From an uncultured Verrucomicrobiales bacterium (lineage in GTDB: Bacteria; Verrucomicrobiota; Verrucomicrobiia; Verrucomicrobiales; DEV007), in assembly GCA_938091905.1 (NCBI GenBank), contig CALKOM010000069.1:1-43232 (forward strand): a DNA stretch of 43,232 nt, read 5' to 3'. Position 1 is the first letter of the stretch. Each line of letters opens with the position of its first letter. Position numbers and translations under genes: made by a program. This document shows, piece after piece, positions 38,749 through 43,232 of this stretch. A model generated the notes under the pieces. That model did not search any database, had not been told where the DNA came from, and saw only the letters and a program-made list of their open reading frames with translations.

Positions 38749-41700
38749 TTAGGGCTTTAGCACAACTGCCAGACGAATGTAATTCGCACGCGTCCCTGCC
38801 GGAGGGGCTGCCTTGATTGTCACACGCTGAGTCTTTCCAGCACCAGGAGCGGGATCACCATCCATCTCGCCCGCCGTAGACCACACTTTCAAGTCCTCGC
38901 TAACCTCCACCCGATAGATCAGATCATCGGAAGATACATGCTGAATAAAGGAGAGTGAGATCGACTCTGGGGCCACCGCGAGCTCTGGAAGAGCCGCAGT
39001 CTCATACGGACTGGCGTTAAAGGCGTAAGATAAAAGATTAACCATGCCGTCGCCATTCGCATCCGCCTCAGGGCCACTGATGGCCTCATCCGAAGCATCC
39101 GCGGCGTTGAAATGGGATGACTTCCACGTCGCGTAAGTCATGCCAGATGGCGGGTCAACTGGGCCACCATCCAACGAGCCTGGAGTGCCACCCGCGGCAG
39201 CGCTAGCATTCCAGCCATCAATCACATCCCAGAGCGCCACCTCTTGGCTAATACTGGCAACTTCTAACGAATGCCCTTCCTGGTCTGCCTGCGGCTGCCA
39301 CTCTTCGTCGTAACTGAAAGCGAGAACGTTTTCGTCCATCGAATCACGAAGAACCAACCGATCACCGCCGTTGCTAAGATTGCCTTCGAACTCGCCTAGA
39401 ATAGTCATCCCGGCACCATAACGACTTTCGAACGCCGCTTGATTACTCACAATGAGAGCAACCGCACCAGGAGCTAACATCGTTCCCTCTGCGAAGGCAA
39501 AGCGCACACCGTCAGTGAAAGTGGTGCCAGTCAACTCGATCGGCGCGTCACTGATATTTGTGAGTTCGATGTATTCAAAGTCCTTCGACTTGTAGAGGCT
39601 ACCTTCCTCTGGTGATTCGGGCCTATACATCACCTCAGAAATACGCAAGCTAGCCTGAGCATCACTTGGATCTCCTTCGTAGGACGTCTCATACACCAAG
39701 TTTCCATCTGGATCCATGATCTGGATCGTTTCGCCTCTAGCAGAAAGCTGCCCACTGTAGTTACCCTGAACAAAGTTGCGCTCGCCACCCGTTGGCGATT
39801 CTGAGCGGGCCCGGAAAGCTTGAGCGTCACGGACAACATAGAGGCTTCCTTGGTCAGGAGCAAAGATTGTTCCGGAGTCCAGTATCGTGCCTGGCTTGAT
39901 CGTGTGCTCAACCGCACCCGTAATCTTGAAGTTGGAAAGGTCGATCAATTCACCGGTCTCGTTCTTCAGTACAAAGTACTCTTCGTTCTGATTTCCCGAG
40001 CTGGGCCTAAATTCGACGGTGTCCACCTTCAGCTTGAACTGACCGTAAGGTTTCTGCGCATCAGGCAACTTAGACAAGCCATAGACATACTCCCGCCTGC
40101 CAGGAATGTATTCATCGCGCATGCGTTGTACTCCTTCACGCATCGTGTCTTTGTTGTCCCAGCCATTGCTCTCGTTAAATTTCCGCTCCATGTCTGGTAG
40201 ACCTTTCTCATAGTCAAGATCCGCATCTGAGACAATACCTTCAGGATCCATCGCCTCGACGAGTTCGTCCATCCTGCGCATGAGGTAGTCGCTCTTAGGA
40301 GCACCACCGGGAGGGCCGTAGAAATGGTCATACATAGTCCGCAAACGGCGATACAACATTGCGTTGAGCCCCTTGTTGGACATAAAAAGACCGGCCAATC
40401 GATTTCCATGAATGTGCCCCTCAATGTCATTTGATGTCGTTTGGATAGGATCGTAGAAGTAATTGTGGGAGCTGATCCAGCGTCGGCCGAGAGAGAGATC
40501 AACATCCCAAGGTAATTCCGTCCATTCTCCGGTCCCCTCCGTGTCTCGGTAAACATAGTAATTCTTGTGACCAAAGTCGGTGTTATTGATCGTCGAGTTC
40601 ATGACGAGGAAATTGACCATACTCGGAATATCCACGTTGTCGTAAATGTAGTCGATCTTCTCGCTTGTGGAACCTTTGCTAATACCATCGATGAGAGCCT
40701 GTAAGTCATCTTTGTCTTCAAACCGACGTGTTTTCTTTTCACCGCCGTTCTGCGAGAACGGGTCAGAACTTCCAATCGAGTCGAGACGATTGTACATCTT
40801 ATAAAGCGCGCCATCTTTAGAGAGGCCTTTGCGATCGAGAAAGAGTTCATCTCCATCTTCCACCATGTCCCAGGTTCCCAGGAACTCACCGTTCTGTTGG
40901 ACACGAACCGAGAATGCGAAATGACCTCTAACCCCACCTATGGAAAACATCTCATAAGCCATCGTGTTGCGGACCTTGGCCTTATCAGCCCAGTTCGTGA
41001 GAAGATTAAAGTCTTTTACGCGCGCCTCCTCTTCGGCGTATTTGAAACGATGGCCTGTATTAAAATCGAAGTCCCAGCTCTTCTTTGGAAATCCGCGCGT
41101 GCTTTGTCCATGAATGTCAACGTGGATGTTGTCGTAGAATTCGCCGAGGTAAGACACGCTCGCTTTGGTGCCACGATCATTGTTCGCTGCATTGGGACTC
41201 TCGATAAACCAATGAATGACTGGCAACTTCGTCGATTCTAAAGAAGCGTCTTGCGCCACTGTTCCAAAGTATTCGTCCGCGTTCTCTTCATCGTGGAAGA
41301 GTGGCAGACGCTGCTCATTTCCTTGATCATCTTCCGCCTCGACCCGCCAGCGAATCATTTCTCCTGAGTCTACCTGCGGACCAAAGATCGATGACAGAGC
41401 AATCGCCGCCGTATAGACACCATCATCCGCAGTCTCGTCGGGGGCTTCCCCATCGTCTTTCATGTTCGTCTTGCTTTCTGATCCGAACATGAAGCGATAG
41501 ATAAGGTCGACCTTCGCAACAGGAAATTCATTCTGAATCACCTCAGCCGTGATGATCACTTTGTTATCCGTAGCCACATCGGGTGGCCCTGACACATTGA
41601 CCACATCCGTAATGAACGGTCCGATTGGCACGGATTGGCCATTCGCTTCGCCAGGCGTAGGCTCTTTGAAATACCCAAGCTCGCCAGCGGAGTCGATACC

Positions 41701-42168
41701 ATAGGACACATTTCCGATTTGGCGAGGATACTCATCAGCATATTCGTGTATGACGGTCTCACCATCCGGCTCGACTAATGCTAGATACTCTCCCTTGAAG
41801 CCAAGCTTGAAGTTCGTATGCGTAGGCTTGATAGGATCTGACTGTTGAAAGATCGTCAGCGCTGTATGCTGATTCTTCTCAGAAGCGAAGACGACCACCT
41901 GCTCCCCTGCCTTCACCTTGATACCCGAAGGAAATTCCCACTTATCGAGCTTCTTCCTGTTGTCGGTGAGAAAATACCCAGCCAAGTCCACCTGGGAATC
42001 CCCCGTATTCTCGATCTCGACCCAATCTGGGGAATTCAGCTCTTCATCTTCGAGGGTGCTCAAGTTCTCCGCCTGAAATTCAGAGATCCTTAACTCAGCA
42101 GACGCTGAGCAGACCATAAAGGCAGCAATCAGGAAAGTTTTTACATATAATCTAATAATCATGGGCAC
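38749..42168 (-). CDS. Secreted CotH-kinase-family protein with lamin-tail domains
   Basis: Signal peptide; LTD motifs (ISEFQA..DWVEIEN..DLAGYFLTD, EEYFVLKN..IDLS, ISEVMY..EYIELTN); CotH motifs (HGQST..FPKKS, KNYYVY, LPWDVDLS). Confidence 0.88.
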   Translation of the reverse strand: MPMIIRLYVKTFLIAAFMVCSASAELRISEFQAENLSTLEDEELNSPDWVEIENTGDSQVDLAGYFLTDNRKKLDKWEFPSGIKVKAGEQVVVFASEKNQHTALTIFQQSDPIKPTHTNFKLGFKGEYLALVEPDGETVIHEYADEYPRQIGNVSYGIDSAGELGYFKEPTPGEANGQSVPIGPFITDVVNVSGPPDVATDNKVIITAEVIQNEFPVAKVDLIYRFMFGSESKTNMKDDGEAPDETADDGVYTAAIALSSIFGPQVDSGEMIRWRVEAEDDQGNEQRLPLFHDEENADEYFGTVAQDASLESTKLPVIHWFIESPNAANNDRGTKASVSYLGEFYDNIHVDIHGQSTRGFPKKSWDFDFNTGHRFKYAEEEARVKDFNLLTNWADKAKVRNTMAYEMFSIGGVRGHFAFSVRVQQNGEFLGTWDMVEDGDELFLDRKGLSKDGALYKMYNRLDSIGSSDPFSQNGGEKKTRRFEDKDDLQALIDGISKGSTSEKIDYIYDNVDIPSMVNFLVMNSTINNTDFGHKNYYVYRDTEGTGEWTELPWDVDLSLGRRWISSHNYFYDPIQTTSNDIEGHIHGNRLAGLFMSNKGLNAMLYRRLRTMYDHFYGPPGGAPKSDYLMRRMDELVEAMDPEGIVSDADLDYEKGLPDMERKFNESNGWDNKDTMREGVQRMRDEYIPGRREYVYGLSKLPDAQKPYGQFKLKVDTVEFRPSSGNQNEEYFVLKNETGELIDLSNFKITGAVEHTIKPGTILDSGTIFAPDQGSLYVVRDAQAFRARSESPTGGERNFVQGNYSGQLSARGETIQIMDPDGNLVYETSYEGDPSDAQASLRISEVMYRPESPEEGSLYKSKDFEYIELTNISDAPIELTGTTFTDGVRFAFAEGTMLAPGAVALIVSNQAAFESRYGAGMTILGEFEGNLSNGGDRLVLRDSMDENVLAFSYDEEWQPQADQEGHSLEVASISQEVALWDVIDGWNASAAAGGTPGSLDGGPVDPPSGMTYATWKSSHFNAADASDEAISGPEADANGDGMVNLLSYAFNASPYETAALPELAVAPESISLSFIQHVSSDDLIYRVEVSEDLKVWSTAGEMDGDPAPGAGKTQRVTIKAAPPAGTRANYIRLAVVLKP

Positions 42169-42275
42169 GAGGATGTATGAGGTTGATTCAATATAGGAGA
42201 CCTCAGATGCCTATTCAATTCCCTATTCACGTGAAGAAGTGAATTCCAGCACGAGAAATCAAGGGCCACCCGACG

Positions 42276-43232
42276 TCACGAAGACGATGTCACCGACCTC
42301 GCTGTAGCCTTCTTCTTGAGCTGGTCGAGAAGCACGGCGCCAAGGATGACCATGCCAAGCATCACCTTCTGAGGGTAGCTTTCGAGGCCTTTTAGATTCA
42401 TCCCGTTCTGAATGACCGCGATGATAAACGCTCCAATCAGCGTTCCAAGGATCTTCCCCTCGCCACCGAGTAAGGAGGTGCCACCAACGACTACAGCCGC
42501 AATGACCATCAGCTCGTAGAGCTGACCAAAGTTAGGATCTCCACTCTTCAGCTGGGAGGCCACAATGATCCCGCCCAAGCCTGCCAAAGCACCGCAGATA
42601 GTGTAGACTAAGACAAGCACCCGCTTCACCGGCACTCCTGACAACCTCGCAGCCTCGGGATTTCCGCCAACCGCGTATATATGTCGACCGAAGGGCGTGT
42701 GTTCCATGACCACATGTGCCACAGCGTAGAGAACGACCATTAACACGACAGCATTCGGCACACCCAGGTCGGCACCTACGCCTAGCCATTTAAACGCATC
42801 GGGAATGGTATCAAAGATAGAGTCTCCATCCGTGATCATGAAGGCGACACCACTTGCGATTAGCATCATTGCCAGAGTCACGATGAATGGTGGAATTGAG
42901 AACCGCGTGATCATGATACCAGTAAACAGACCGATGCCTGCGCATAAGCCAATCGCCATCAACACCGCCGCCAGAAGTCCAATACCCGAAGCCGCCAACC
43001 CGCCGAACCAGTGGGTGATACACCAAGCGACCACGACGGCAGACAAGGCCACCAAACTGCCAACGGAGAGATCAATCCCGGCCGTGATGATCACCATGGT
43101 CATACCGATCGCTATGATGGCGATGACCGCAATTTGATTGGCCACATTGATCAAGTTGTCTTTCTTGAGAAAGGTCGGCCAACGATAGCCTTGAGGCGAA
43201 AGAATCTCTGGATTTCCTAGCGCGGGAAACCT
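42276..43232 (-). CDS. Sugar ABC transporter permease (RbsC-like), 5' end outside the window
   Basis: GMTMVIITAGIDLSVGS, IPPFIVTL, FGRHIYAVGGNPEAARLSG and IAAVVVGGTSL.GG.G. The frame stays open to nt 43232. Confidence 0.92.
   Translation of the reverse strand, partial: RFPALGNPEILSPQGYRWPTFLKKDNLINVANQIAVIAIIAIGMTMVIITAGIDLSVGSLVALSAVVVAWCITHWFGGLAASGIGLLAAVLMAIGLCAGIGLFTGIMITRFSIPPFIVTLAMMLIASGVAFMITDGDSIFDTIPDAFKWLGVGADLGVPNAVVLMVVLYAVAHVVMEHTPFGRHIYAVGGNPEAARLSGVPVKRVLVLVYTICGALAGLGGIIVASQLKSGDPNFGQLYELMVIAAVVVGGTSLLGGEGKILGTLIGAFIIAVIQNGMNLKGLESYPQKVMLGMVILGAVLLDQLKKKATARSVTSSS

Noticed and set aside
1..43232. tRNA, rRNA, riboswitch, CRISPR, prophage or defence genes
   Set aside because: None recognisable by eye in the short intergenic regions or the ORFs. 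An Infernal/Rfam scan would be needed to exclude small ncRNAs.

Overview
A 43.2 kb, gene-dense bacterial chromosomal segment, most likely Verrucomicrobiota. This is inferred from a PEP-CTERM protein, DUF1549/DUF1553-DUF1501 remnants, a PVC-type propeller/HEAT protein and a lamin-tail/CotH protein. The left edge holds the 3' end of an IS5-family transposase beside a decaying DUF1549/1553 + DUF1501 gene pair. Housekeeping genes are kdsA, lptC/lptA-like, ppaC, amgK-like, trmB, comEC, nadB, panC, folB and kdsD. Envelope and accessory genes include a porin, DUF58 + transglutaminase, FG-GAP, PEP-CTERM, acyltransferase + deacetylase, CBM48 + GH63-like + sugar porter, a CotH kinase and an ABC permease. 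I found no tRNA, rRNA, CRISPR array, prophage or defence island. The best leads for undescribed biology are: (i) a tandem pair of paralogous QxAWxLRPFIG membrane proteins; (ii) a 1308-aa pseudo-SGNH/propeller/HEAT protein ending in a type-1 copper domain with no heme motif; (iii) a CHASE2-like sensor without an output domain; (iv) a secreted CotH/LTD kinase with a possible C-terminal sorting domain. All family assignments come from reading motifs by eye, not from database searches.
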